Of a stretch of DNA of 64,000 nt, positions 40,942-53,859 are shown piece by piece. The position numbers and the translations under genes are program-made. The notes beneath the pieces are model-generated. The model made no database searches, was not told the origin of the DNA, and was given only the letters and a program-made list of their open reading frames with translations. The first letter of the stretch is position 1; every line of letters starts with the position of its first letter. The stretch lies in the NCBI RefSeq assembly GCF_009914755.1, contig NC_060934.1. One strand, given 5' to 3'. Origin of the DNA: the human T2T-CHM13v2.0 reference genome, Homo sapiens.

Positions 40942-41362
40942 AGCACAGCCAGAGCTGCTGCCAAGCAGCACCCACTTAGAGACTGTGTGGTGCGTTCGGC
41001 TCTTCAGAACTCCAGTAAGGTCAAGAGCTCTTCTGGGCACACCGATCAGGGCTCAGGACATCAAGGTATCCCGTGATGCTTGGTGTCAACCTTGATTCCT
41101 GGTTAAGGTGGGTCTGGCTGGCCTCCTTACTATACAGGTACTGTTGTCTGTTAGTGGACAACAAAATTGTATAGGAGACATTTTAAGGTCCTTTGAATAC
41201 CCTGTTGCTCCTTATACTTTCACCTGCCGGCTTTCTCATTTTAACATTTATTTAATCCTGCCCACAGCAGGTATTTCTGTGTTGTTTCAACGGTAATTTT
41301 CTATTTCCCTTACCCTTTATTTACGGAAATTCATTTGTTAGGGAGGTTTGTCTCTCATCCTC

Positions 41363-41674
41363 TTTTATTGTAATTTTTATTTATTTAGAGACAGAGTCTC
41401 ACTCTGTCACCCAGGCTGGAATAGAGTGTTGCAATCACAGCTCACTGCACGCAGCCTTGATCTCCTGGGCTCAAGTGATGGTCCCATGTCAGTATCCCGA
41501 GTATCTGGTACCACAGGCACGTGCCACCTTGCCCAGCTAATTTTCGTATTTTTTGTAGAGATGGGGCCTCACTGTGTTGCCCAGGCCGGTCTCAAACTCC
41601 TGGGCTCAAGAGATCCGCCTGCCTCGGCCTCCCAACGTGCTGGGATTTACAGGCGTGAGCCACCGGGCCCAGCC
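41363..41674 (-). mobile_element. AluJ
   Basis: ctcctgggctcaag appears in both arms of a full dimer. Confidence 0.93.
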
Positions 41675-42296
41675 CTGCTTATTTATATCAATATGCACCC
41701 ATGGGTATTGATTTTCCGGCTGCTCGGATTGTTCCAGCGTTGACCGTCATTGCTCTTTCAGGTGTTTCCTGAGCCTTTTTGCATGCCTCCGGCTTATTCT
41801 TTCTTTTCTTTTTACTCTCTCACCCTAATTAAGCTCCACAAGATGTTACATGCTTATATAGTATTGTTCTTCCCCAGCTTTAGAATATTCTCTAAGGGGC
41901 CTTGGTTTCTTGTATAGGAAAATGCTCTTTAGAAACTAGATCTGTGACCTCACATCGTGTGTTCATTGCTATGGAAATGTCGCAATTTCTAAAGTTCTCT
42001 CAGCGGACAAAACAGAAAACATATATATGTATATTAACCCATGTATACACACATATATATTCATTTCTGTGTTTATTCCTATGAATTTATATATATGTAT
42101 ATATATTTTTCTTTGACTTCATGCTGATATCTTCCATCCCAGTGCAACACGACAAAGTTTATTCTAACCATTTCCCTTTGCTTACTTGAAACTTCCTTCT
42201 CCAGTAGTGAGAGAGCTCACTCTCATTGGCTTCTATATATTTAATTATTTTTTAACCTTAAAACATATCAAACACAACTTCTGAATTTCTTTTATG

Positions 42297-42402
42297 GTTT
42301 TTTATCTAAGAAATGTCATATGGTCCAGCATCACTTATTAAATATTTTATCATTTTGTTTTTTATCTAAGAAAAGTCACATGGTCCAGCATCATTTATTA
42401 AA
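42297..42402. repeat. direct duplication (~46 bp, period 60)
   Basis: gttttttatctaagaaa(t/a)gtca(t/c)atggtccagcatca(c/t)ttattaaa occurs twice. Confidence 0.9.
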
Positions 42403-42575
42403 AGTAATATCTTTTCCCATTGCCTTACCTTGACACTTTCGTAAGACAGCAATTGAAGGTCCATATGTGTGTCTAGTTCTCAATTCTATTTTTCCCTTTG
42501 ATCTTTATTTTTATCTTTACACCGATACCTTCCGTTGATGAGCTCTACAACTTTATTGTTCTAAAAATAAAACCG
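42370..42575 (-). mobile_element. old L1M ORF2 fragment
   Basis: tccagcatcatttattaaaa...ttcccattg...gtccatatgtgtg...ttgatct. Confidence 0.55.
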
Positions 42576-44088
42576 TGATAAGTCAATGTTTCTTCTTTTT
42601 TAAATAACAGCTTTATTGGATTACAATTTACGTACCATAAACTTATCTTGATTTAAATAATAATGCAATGATTTTGGTCTATTTACTGACCTGTGCCAAC
42701 AATATATTGTGAGAACATTTCCATCATTTCAAAAAGAAACCTCATGCCCACTGGCAGTCAATCCCTATTCTCACCCCCAGCCCCAGGTAACCACTCATCT
42801 ACCTCCTTCTTTGTAGACTCTGCTACTCTGGACATTTCACATAAAAGAAACAATACAACATATCCAGGATTGCATCTGGCTTCTTCCATTTAGCATAGTG
42901 TTTTAGCGACTCGTTTGCATGGTAATGTATTCCTGTACTTTGCTACTCTTTATTATTGAACGACATTCCATTGTATGGTATACCATATTTTGTATCCATT
43001 CACCATTTGATAGACATTTGCATTTTTCCCACTTTTGGGCTCTTATGAATATACTGTTCTGAACATTTGGCTACAAACGTTCATGTGGACATATGTATTC
43101 ATATCTTTTGGGTAGATGCCTAGACTTGGAATTGCTGGATCATATGGTAACTCCATTTTTAACTATTTGAGAAACTGTTGCACTGTTTTCTAAAGCAGCT
43201 CTATCATTTTACATCTTCATCAACAAAATATGAAGACTTCAGTTTCTATCTATTATTGTCAACACTTATTATTATCAGTTTTTTTGATTACAGCGTTCTT
43301 GTTTTTCAATTTGCATTTCGTAATGATCAATGTTGTCTCTTTTTTCTTTCTTTTTTAACAGTCATTCATATGAATTCTTGTTGAAATGTCTTTTTAAGTC
43401 TTTCAACTATTATTTTAAATTGATATTTTTGTCTTATTATTATTGAGGTGTAAAAGTTCTTTTTATATTCAAGTTCTGTATCAGGTGTATTGTTTGCAAA
43501 TGTTTTCACCGAAATTACAATTTTGTTTTTCATTTTATTAAATCTGTCTCTTGAAGCACAAAAATATTAATAATGATAGAATCTACTTTATATTTTTTCT
43601 TTTATGGGTCATGCATTCATTGTCATATTTAATAACTCTTGGACTCCAGATAAGTTGCAAAGATTTTTCTCCCATGTTTTCTTCTAAAAGTTTTAAAATT
43701 TTACCTGTCCCATTTAGGTCTACGGTGATATTTTAGTTAATTTTTGTGTAACGCTCAAGGATCTAAAGTCAATGTTTGCAGATGTCTAATATTTCAGAAG
43801 CACTTTTTAAAACATTGTGCCTTATGAATTGAATTGCCTTGAAACTTTGTCAAATATCAACACTAAAACTGTCACTGAACTCCCAAGTCTTCTTCATGGT
43901 TTTGCATGTGTATCCTTGTGCCAGTAGCACATGGTCTTGGTCTTGATTACTGTAGGGTTAGAGTAACTTTTGAAATTAGAAAGTGTGAGTTCTCTAATTC
44001 ACAGAGTACTTATACTTTCTAATTCTGCATTTCAAAATTGTTTTTCATATTCTGTGTGCTTTCCATATCCATGTAAATTTTAGGACTG

Positions 44089-44405
44089 GGCCTGGTGTGG
44101 TGGCTCATGACTGTAATCCCAGCAATTTGGGATGCTGAGGCAGGGGGATGCATAAGTCCAGGTGTCTGAGCCCAGCCTGGGCAACATAGTGGGACTCTGT
44201 CTCTACAAAAAAGCATTTTAAAAAAATTAGCTGCATGTGGTGGCATGTGCCAGTATCCCTAGCTACTCAGGAGGCTGAGGCAGCAGGATCAATTGAGCCC
44301 AGGAGGTTGAGGCAGCAGTGAGCCGTGATCACACCACTGCAGTCCAGCCTGGGTGATAGAGTGAGACCCTGTCTCAAAAAAAAAAAAATAAATGAATAAA
44401 TAAAT
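44089..44405 (+). mobile_element. AluJ
   Basis: Full dimer with A/(TAAA) tail. TSD aaattttaggac / aacttttaggac. Confidence 0.94.
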
Positions 44406-45290
44406 AACTTTTAGGACCAGCTTGTTAATTTTTGCAAAATAAGCCATTGAAATTTTGATAGGAATTGAATTAAATCTAGAGATCAGTTTGGACAGAAGTG
44501 TTGTCTTAATGGTGTTGAGTCTTCCAATCCATAAGCATGAAATATCTCTCCATTTATACAAATCCTCTTTAACTTATCTCAACAGCGTTTTATAGAATTC
44601 AATGTATAAGTCTAGCACTTTTTAATTAAACTTATTAGTTAGTATATTATTATTTTTGATGCCATTGCGAATGGATTTATTTTCTTAATTTCAGTTTTGG
44701 AATTTCCCTTGAGATTATACAGAAAACAAAAGCTGTCTATAGAGATAGATTTAGACATATAGATATCTCATGTATACAAACCTGCTGAACATTTTTATTT
44801 GATTTAGTAATTTTGTAGTGTAGTCTCTAGGATTTTCTACAGATAAGATCATGTTATTCATATATAGAAATAGAGTTTTACTTCTTTCATTCTAATCTAA
44901 ATTCCTTGAGTTTTATTTCTTTGTCTCATAGTAATTGCTAGGACCTCTAGCAGTAGTATGTTGAATAGAAATGGCAAGAACAAATATCATTCACTGCCTT
45001 TTTCCTGATCTTAAAACATGCATTCAGTCTTTCACCATTAAGTATAATATTAGTATTACATTTACTAGACATGATCATTATCAGTTTAGAATTCTCTTTT
45101 CTAACTTGCTGAAGATTTAAAAAAAATAATGAGTAAATTTGGAACTTTGTGAAGTGCTTTTTGTATGTTTATAGATTTGGTCATTTGTCTTTCATCTTGT
45201 ACTTTATTAATGTGGTGTACTGGAATAACTTGATTTTTGTAGGTTAAAATGATCTTGCATTCTTGGTACATCTAACATGCTTATGCTGTA

Positions 45291-45659
45291 TAATATAGTT
45301 TGGCGCTGTGTCCCCACCAAAATCTCATCTGGAATAGTAAGTCCCGTAATCCCCACTCATTGAGGAAGGAACTGGCTGGGAGGTGATTGGATCATGAGGA
45401 TGGTTTCCCCCATGCCATTCTCATGATAGTGAGTGAGTTCTCACGAGATCTGATGGTTATGTAAGGCAGTTTTCCCTGCTCTTGCTTGTTCTCTCTCACC
45501 TGACACCATGTAAGACGTGCCTCTTCCCCTTTCCCCATGATTGTAAGTTTCCTGAGGCCTCCCAGCCATGTGGAACTGTGAGTCAATTAAACCTCTTTTC
45601 TTTTTAAATTACCCAGTCTCAGGTATGTCTTTATAGCAGTGTGAGATCAGACTAATATA
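45291..45659 (+). mobile_element. THE1D solo LTR
   Basis: Full-length LTR (tgtgtccccaccaaaatctcatc...tgtaagtttcctgaggcc...gactaatata) with a perfect TSD ctgta (45286-45290 / 45660-45664). Confidence 0.93.
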
Positions 45660-46565
45660 CTGTAAAATCCCGTTCTCATATGTTGCTAGATTCAGTTTAC
45701 TAATATCTTTTGGGAATTTTTTTACTAATATCTTTTGGGAATCTCATAACATATCTATGTTCATGAGATATGTTTGTCTCTAGTCAGCTTTCCTTCAGAT
45801 GTCTTTGGTATAGTGTAGCACTGCATTATGGAATGAGTTAGGAATTATTCTCTGTTACTGTATTTTGTGGAGGAGTTGTGAAGTCCTTAAATTCTGGCTA
45901 AAATTCATCAGTGAGACCATCTAAGCATTGGCTTTACTTTGTGGGAAAATTTTAAATTACTAATTCAAATTATTTACTTGTTATAGGTCTATTAGGATTT
46001 TCTATTTATTTTTGAGTGACTTTTGATAAATTATATTTCTAAAATGTGTCTATTTAAACTAAGTTGTCTAATTTGTTGAAATAAAGTTGTTAACATTATT
46101 TCCTTATGATCTTTTTAAATTTCTGAACAGTCAATAGTTATCCCCTCTCATTCATTACTGATTGTGATAATTTGAATTTTTTGTATTTTTTTCTTTGTTA
46201 TTCTAGCTAAAGATTTGTCAATTTAATTAATGTTTTGAAATAAGCGTCATCTGATTTCATCAATTTTCTTTATTGTTCTGTTTTCAACTTCATTGATTCT
46301 TTAACCTTTAATATTTCCTTCTTTCTTGCTCTGAGTATAATTTTATCTTCTTTTTTTTTAAATTGGATGTTTAAGTTATTGATTTGAGGTCTTCTTTTCT
46401 AACGTAATCATTTGAAAAAATGAAATTCTCTCTAAGTGAAGCCTTAGTTTCATCTCATCAATTTGATATTTTGCCTTTCCATTGGTAATAATTTAAAAAT
46501 ATTTTCTAGTTTTTCTTGCATTTTTTCTTTGACTTATGAGTTATTTAAAAGTGTCTTGTTCTATC

Positions 46566-47355
46566 AGAAGACATTTATGCAGCCAACAAACACATGAAAA
46601 AAAAACCTCAACGTCAGAGATCATTAGAGAAATGCAAATCAAAACCACAATGAGATACCAGCTCGTGCCAGTCAGAATGGTGATTATTAAAAAATCAAGA
46701 AACTATAGATGCTGAGAGGCTGTGGAGAAACAGGAATGCTTTTACACTGTTGGTGGGAATGTAAATTAGTTCAACCATTATGGAAGACAGTATTTCTCAA
46801 GGATCTAGATTCCTCAAGGATCTAGAACCAGAAATATCATTTGACTCAGCAATCCCATTACTAGGTATATACCCAAAGGAGTATAAATCATTCTACCATA
46901 AAGACAAATGCACACGTGTGTTTATTGTAGCACTATTTACAATAGCAAAGATGGAACCAACCCAAATGCCCATCAATGATAGACTGGATAAAGAAAATGT
47001 GGTAATATACAACATGGAATACAACACAACCATAAAAAGGAATGAGATCATGTCCTTTGCAGGAACATGGATGAAGCTGGAAGCCATCATCCTCAGCAAA
47101 CTAACACAGGACCAGAAAACCAAACACCGCATGTTCTTACTCATAAGTGGGAGTTGAACAATGAGAACACATGAACACAGGGAGGAGACAACGCACACCA
47201 GAGCCTGTTGGGAGGTGGGGATTAAGGGGAGGAAACTTAGAGGATGGGTCAGTAGGCACAGCAGACCACCATGGCATACACCTAAGAAACAAATCTGCAA
47301 GTTCTACACATGTATCCTGAAACTTAAAGTAAAACAAATTTAAAAAAAAAGAAAA
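46566..47355 (+). mobile_element. L1PA8-like 5'-truncated LINE-1
   Basis: ORF 46780-47157 (FLKDLEPEISFDSAIPLLGIYPKEYKSF...MFLLISGS), 3'UTR aacttagaggatgggtca, TSD aaaa(gt/aa)gtcttgtt. Confidence 0.92.
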
Positions 47356-48304
47356 AAAAGTCTTGTTAGTTTCTAAATATTTGTTAATTCCTTAACTTTT
47401 TCTCTCTTATTTATTTAATTTACAATTTAAATTTGTTATTTTTAGGAAATACACTTTGGATGCTTTCAATCATTTTTAATTTACTGAGATTTTTATATAT
47501 GGCTTAGCATATGATATATTGTATCATATGTATTATTTACTGATTATTCTAATGGTAGCCTGCACTCATGATTCTGTGATAATTCCTTGTCACAAACTTG
47601 TTTTACATTTTTTACATTTAAATTTTTTTTATTTTTGTATTTTTTCTATTTTTTTCAGAATGAAAAGCACTTGAAGAAGAAAAAAAGAAACCTGAATAAC
47701 AGATGCTTTTGCATTATTTCAAAGACCCATCTGGCATGAAAGGTCTTGGCAAAAGGCAGCCTCTGTATGTTGACTTCATTCTTCTCTTTTTGCAACTGGC
47801 TTCTGTTACTGGTCCACACGGCAGAAGTCAAGGCCACCCAGAGCTTCAAACATGGTGAGGATCCAGCCTATGATAAAGAAATTGAATCCATCTTTTAGTC
47901 ACAGTTCTAAAGCCTTGGGGATACTCTGGAATTAGGTCCTCTAAAGAGAAGAATCCTCTGTTTCAGTTCATAAAGAACCGTCATAGGTGCTGTGAGTCAC
48001 CCATGTGATCATGTGGATTTGCAGAAGGGTCAGTAGAAGGACTGGGGAATGGGAGTGGGAAAGTCCTCCAATTTGTGAATCGCAAACTTCACAACTTTAA
48101 TAGTAATGGAAACATGTCTGTTTAATGAAAATCATTATTTATTATCAAATCCAAATGTTAATGTGCATTAAAAGATTGTTCTTAAAACAGAATACTTCCA
48201 ATTTCACATTTAATCAAAGCCAACATGAATTTTAATGTTTATTAAGGGACACATACAGCATTGCCTCTGAAATCTGTAAGAAACTATTAGATTCAGTGAC
48301 CCAG

Positions 48305-48306
<2 letters not shown>

Positions 48307-48343
<37 letters not shown>

Positions 48344-48540
48344 CATATATACCCATACACACATCAAAACACCCTAAGAGATGCCTTCCTGTGTGTACAT
48401 AAATATATACATAAATATATGTAAAAGTAACTATACATATATGTGTGTGTATATATAGTTATATATGCATAGCTATATTTATGTAACTTTTATATATATA
48501 AACACACACACACACACACACACACATTCTTATATATATG
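48307..48540. repeat. (CA)17, TA-rich tract and (CA)~12 cluster
   Basis: Visible directly in the sequence. Confidence 0.9.
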
Positions 48541-49367
48541 AATGTGGGATGGGGGGAAAGTTCATCAGGTAGTGGCAAACAATAACATAGCCAGAATTGG
48601 TCTGGATTTGGCAAGCAGGTCTAGAGGTCTGCGTTTTCTAAAGTCTCAGCATGCTCCTCATAACACTTCCTGTAATTCATTTCAGCATTCAGCAGCAGCC
48701 CCCCATGAAGTAAGTCTGGCATTATATCTTAAAGAGCTTTATGAAAGGATGCCTTGCTCAATTGTGAGCAATCTTTTTGAAGTGCACACCATGCTTTCAA
48801 CAAGAAAATACATTTGGAGTGTTTATAGAAACAGCTCTTATCCACTGTGTTAGAAAGTGGATTCTTGCTAGACCTTTGCCATAAAGCAAAATGGGCCTAA
48901 TCAAATAGCACCTAAGCAGGGTGCAGCATCTGCCCTCATGTATCTCAGCCAATGGCATTTCTAAGCCAAATTGTTAAAGGCATTTCCTGGACATAGGAGC
49001 AATCACAGATGGGTGAAATTTTCAGCATTAGCACCAGTTTACTTTGTCCTCTTGAGCTCTGAAATGCTACTGAATCTGCTACTAATCTCTTCTCTTCTTT
49101 TTACACTCAGTGAACTAGGGAGGTAGGATGAGTAATTTGAAGATAACAAAACATATCAGAGAAGAGAATTTTCCCTTAAAATAACGCGGTCATTTTTGCT
49201 AAAGTCAATATTCTACATGTATTGTCATGTATAACTTTTATTTTTTTAACTGGAGCAAATATTTTATTGTATTAGAAGTTAAATTAATTCTTACTTTAAT
49301 GCAGAATTAAGAAGAAAATTGTGACATGTGAAATCATTTTCAAATTTTATTAAAACTCTATTAAGTA

Positions 49368-49663
<296 letters not shown>

Positions 49664-49794
49664 TATATATATATATATATATAAAAAATAATATATATAT
49701 ATTATATATATAAAATAATATATATATTATATATATATAAAATAATACATATATTATATATATATATAAAATAATATATATTATATATATAATA
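49664..49794. repeat. AT-only minisatellite grown from the Alu tail (~25-bp unit aaaataatatatattatatatat)
   Basis: About 4 imperfect units directly after the Alu poly(A). Confidence 0.9.
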
Positions 49795-50519
49795 AGAGAC
49801 AATGCAAAAAATGTGTTGGTATATGGAATATAGGACTGTTAGATGTGGAAATAAGTTCATAAATCACAAAATTTATAGAATCACAGATTCCCTGACCTTA
49901 ATCCTTCTGACCTTCTGCCATACATTTTTGAGCTCTGTCTTCCAAGCAAGCTATTCCTTCAGAAGTTTCTCTTTGGAAGGCATTTCCATTACTAAATTCC
50001 TGAGGCACCAGCAGAACATATCTTTCGTTGCGTAGCTTGTGTGATTTACATCCCAAGCTAAACACTTTTTCTTATGACGCCCAAAGTAAAGATAAATAAC
50101 AGCTTGTTGCCGTATCTGCAGGTAAGCTTTCTGAAGCTAAGGGGACTCTAGTTGAACTTCAGTTTCTATTATTATGTTCTTGTGGGCCCTATATTCCATT
50201 CTTATACAGCCCTGATTTTATTTGTTTCAAATATTTTTGAGGACCTCAAATGGAAACAATTGTAAAAAGTGATTGGCTACGGTTAAATTGGTCAATGTCT
50301 TCAGTACATTAGGACTTTCAAGATGTTGGAATATCTGGGTAGATTCCAGATTAATTACAAAATTGAATAACAAAATATATACAGAGAAGTGTGATTCATT
50401 AAGTAAGCTACAATATTCTCTAGAACTTTTGGCCACACTCTGCAGCTTTCCATTTTCAGAGGCTGGATGGAGGTAATTATTAGGGAAGGGGAGTAATCTA
50501 GAGTGTCTTCTAAACTATG

Positions 50520-50768
50520 CAGTGTATGGTGATGAGTTTAGGAACACAGGTTCTCCAGTCCCACAGCCTGATTCAAATTCCAGCTCTAAAACAATCCACT
50601 CTGAGAATGTGAGCAAGTTCTAAGGCCTCAGTTTCCTCACCTCTAAAGTGGAGGTATCAATACTACTGATCTGCCATCTTATATTGAAGATACAATGAAA
50701 TAACACTGAGAGATCACAGTGTAAGACACATAATGCGTGATAAATACATGTTCACTATTGTAATTATT
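50520..50768 (+). mobile_element. MIR (near full length)
   Basis: ttcaaattccagctct...gcaagtt...gcctcagtttcctcacctctaaagtgg. Confidence 0.85.
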
Positions 50769-53649
50769 CTGAAATGCCCATTTATATTTCCCACACTGGC
50801 CCGTGCAAACTATTTTGAGATAGGGCGAAATCAACGCATCATCACACTGAAACCCCCGGTCACAATCAGATGCAGTTTCCTATAATATGACTTTAAATTG
50901 TCAAAGGATGCCATAAAAAACACAAAGAGTTGGTTTCCACCACATGAATTCAGGGAGTTTCTCATATTCTATGCCCAGATAAATAGTGACTGTGTCTGGA
51001 AACAGGCAAAGAAAGACAAAAGGGAGATAAACTCCTAGACCTCTCTTTCCAGGCTCAAAGCAAAAAAAAAAAAAAAAAAAAAAAAAGCAAGCTTATACAG
51101 CAAGATTAATAACTTTCTGCTTTTGAAAAGAGACACAGTCCTGAAGGACAGATTCTAATAAAATAATTAAGATTATTCATCTAAAGTTTCTTAATTCCAG
51201 CAGTAACTTAAAAAGCAATCTAATCTTTTTTCCTCTATCTTTCCATAATCTTCTGCGTTTTTCTTTGACCAAAAGACATTGGATCTTCTTAGGGAGATGA
51301 CCTTTTTCTAAGCCTAGGACATGATCATTAATCTCTACCTGTGTCAGATTCAACTGACTTTATCAAGGAATCTGCAAAGTAGAAAGTTTTCTTACTAAGA
51401 GTGGTCGTGGAGGCCTAGGGCTCTGGGTTCCTTGGGGATGGCCATGTGAGTTTGTCTTTTGTCCCTTCCTTGGTGCAATGCGGGTTGACATTGGAGGGTA
51501 GACATTCTCAGGCTGTGTGACCGATTTGCATTCTGTATGCGTGTGCAAGGCCATCTTGGATTCCTAGAGCTGAATGAAAGGATCACCTGTTTTCACCCTC
51601 GGAGGTGAAATGCATTTTATCTTTTGATCAAGATATTTCAGTTCACTGAAGCCGAGCCACCTGCAGAGAGAAAAACCAGATCTGCTGAGTCTTTCTTTAA
51701 ACCCCAGCACATCCATGCTGGTGTCTCCCTGTTAAAATAAGCATTTCTTATCAGTCAGCATCTGTTTCCTTTTTTTCCTCCAGGCCTGTTTACCACATTT
51801 TTCATTGAGAGACTTCCCCGTGAAGTATAATTCACTTCGATTTTCCTCATTCATAAGGTTTTTTACATCTCCCAGCTGCAACGATTTTAAGCAAATTTCT
51901 GAGGACTTATAATTGAACGTGACTCATTTGCCTAACGCAGAGCTCCAGAGCACAGGCTGAGACAGTCAGAGCTCTTTCGAAACGTGGTAAATTTACACCA
52001 TGTGCATTTTTTGGTATAAGTATGTGATTCATTGGTGAGGAGGCTTGTCAATAAAGCCTTCTCCACCTCTACTCTGAAATGAAGTGGGTCCTTTTAATAT
52101 GCAAATTTCTGGAAAAGGCTAGTTCCCTTTCCCCCAGAAGTTGCCAGCGTGAGGAAAATTATCTAGACAAAGTAAACTCATTGGTTTCGTACAACACAAA
52201 ATCAAATCGCTATTGCCAGGTGTTCCCATGACAACTGCCTTCCTAAGCAAACTTCTCTACAAAATATACAGCTGTTATTTTATCTCATTACTAAGTTCCC
52301 TTGACAAAACTACAGTACAATAACCACTCACATACATGTTGTTAAAGGGGATAAAGCTCCCCTGGGCCCACATGGCTTATCTTTCAAATGATAACTTAAC
52401 AATTCAACCCTCCATCATCGGCACTATGTGATTTCTTTTCTCTTCTTTGCCTTGTGCCATATTAGGAAAAATTCATGCTCATCTTTAATATACTGTTAGT
52501 GTGTGAGTAGAAATTTTTATATTTTCTATTGTATACCCACAAACAATTATGTAACAACCAAATTTCCATCAAATAAGATGATAAAATTAACTTCTCTAAT
52601 ATTTCATATCCCCACAGTAAATACATTATCTGTCATTGCTTATGCTAATTATTTTGAGCATAACGGTGACTGGACTAGTCTTTGGATGTCAGTCATTCTG
52701 CGCTAGTTGAAGACAGAGTGGGTTCTGTCTATCTCTAGACAGGAACCAGTAAGAAAATTGAACTCATTTTATCCAATTGCCAAGAGTTGGGGAGAGACTA
52801 CTTTGCCTATTCTATGCCCCACTGTAACATATTTCAGGACCAGTGCAAGCTGTAAGCCAGAAGAAAAATAGGTCAAAGCCCTAAAGGAAAGTCAGATTCT
52901 CATGAAATATTCAGCGAGACTCCGTCCTCTCAGTAGTGAGGGGAGTGAGGATGGAAGGGGTGGCAGGTTCCATGTCATTGGTCGAGGAGGAGGGGAGAAA
53001 CAATGGCAGTTATGTCCCCTGGAAGGATAAAGTCTGGCTTAGTTTCACTGTCAGATGGCTACATGTTTCCGTTGCTTTATTTTAAAAGAATATTTTTTTC
53101 CAGTTCAATTTCACTGTATTTGACAAGAAAACTAGTTTTTGGTGATACTTCAGATTATGCCGTAGATTTCAAAAAGATTCATTTTTGACAATGTTATATA
53201 GTATTATGTTTGCAAATGAGAGTCAAAAATAGCTGATTCTTACAGTTTCCTGCAGAAGTAAAATGCAAGGAAAATCCTGGCTATAATGCATCACCTCCTG
53301 TCAAGAGACAGCCACCAGTTTCAGCAGAGACACATCAACTAGAAATAGGCAGGAGAGGGACAGAGGAGGTGCTGTTTTCTCACAGTAGGATGTAGCTAAA
53401 TTCACAGGGCATCTTCATTCATAAATTCAGTGGAACCCTATTAACTTGTTTTGCTTGAAAACCCAGCAAGAAATCTTCCCATTGATTTATTATTAGCTTT
53501 GTCATAGTCTCATAGATGGATGAAAATAGCGTAGTTTATATGGAAGACAAACCTGCCTTCAAAATCACATTCACCTCAGTGTTTTTCTTTTCATGTTATT
53601 ATTTACACACACACACACACACACACACTGCTGTTATTCCTTATAGCTT

Positions 53650-53800
53650 GTATCAGTTAGAAAGTTACTTGTTATGCTGCAATAACAACCACCACAACAA
53701 AAAACCCCACCACATTATTAGCGGATTAAAACAATGAAGGTTACTTTATTTTTTCCTTCTTATGCGGATTCTGCAGCCTGTCCAGATGACAAAAATTTAT
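53650..53800 (-). mobile_element. MLT1 LTR 3'-end fragment
   Basis: tgtatcagttag...ttatgctgcaataacaa...attaaaacaatgaaggtt. Confidence 0.55.
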
Positions 53801-53859
53801 TTAGGATAAAACTTGAGTCTCATGTTTGACTCAGTCTTTTTTCTCTGCCCTCAGCAGAA

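Larger units (their letters stand above)
40480..42290 (-). mobile_element. L1MC-like 3'UTR, interrupted by L1PA2 and AluJ
   Basis: tttagactcacagg...gttgcaaa...agtacagagaactcc...aatgtccattttctgttcc...ggttaaggtgg...ttagaaactagatctg. Confidence 0.7.
42595..47520 (-). mobile_element. L1MB (MB7/8-like) LINE-1, interrupted by AluJ, THE1D and L1PA8
   Basis: 3' end cagctttattgga...aaaagaaacctcatgccca...ccccagccccaggtaaccact. ORF 44289-44561 (KWRDISCLWIGRLN) is L1 RT region. Confidence 0.88.

Noticed and set aside
51055-51092. A25 flanked by aaagcaa as a poly(A)-only insertion with TSD
   Set aside because: The apparent TSD is low-complexity and indistinguishable from slippage.
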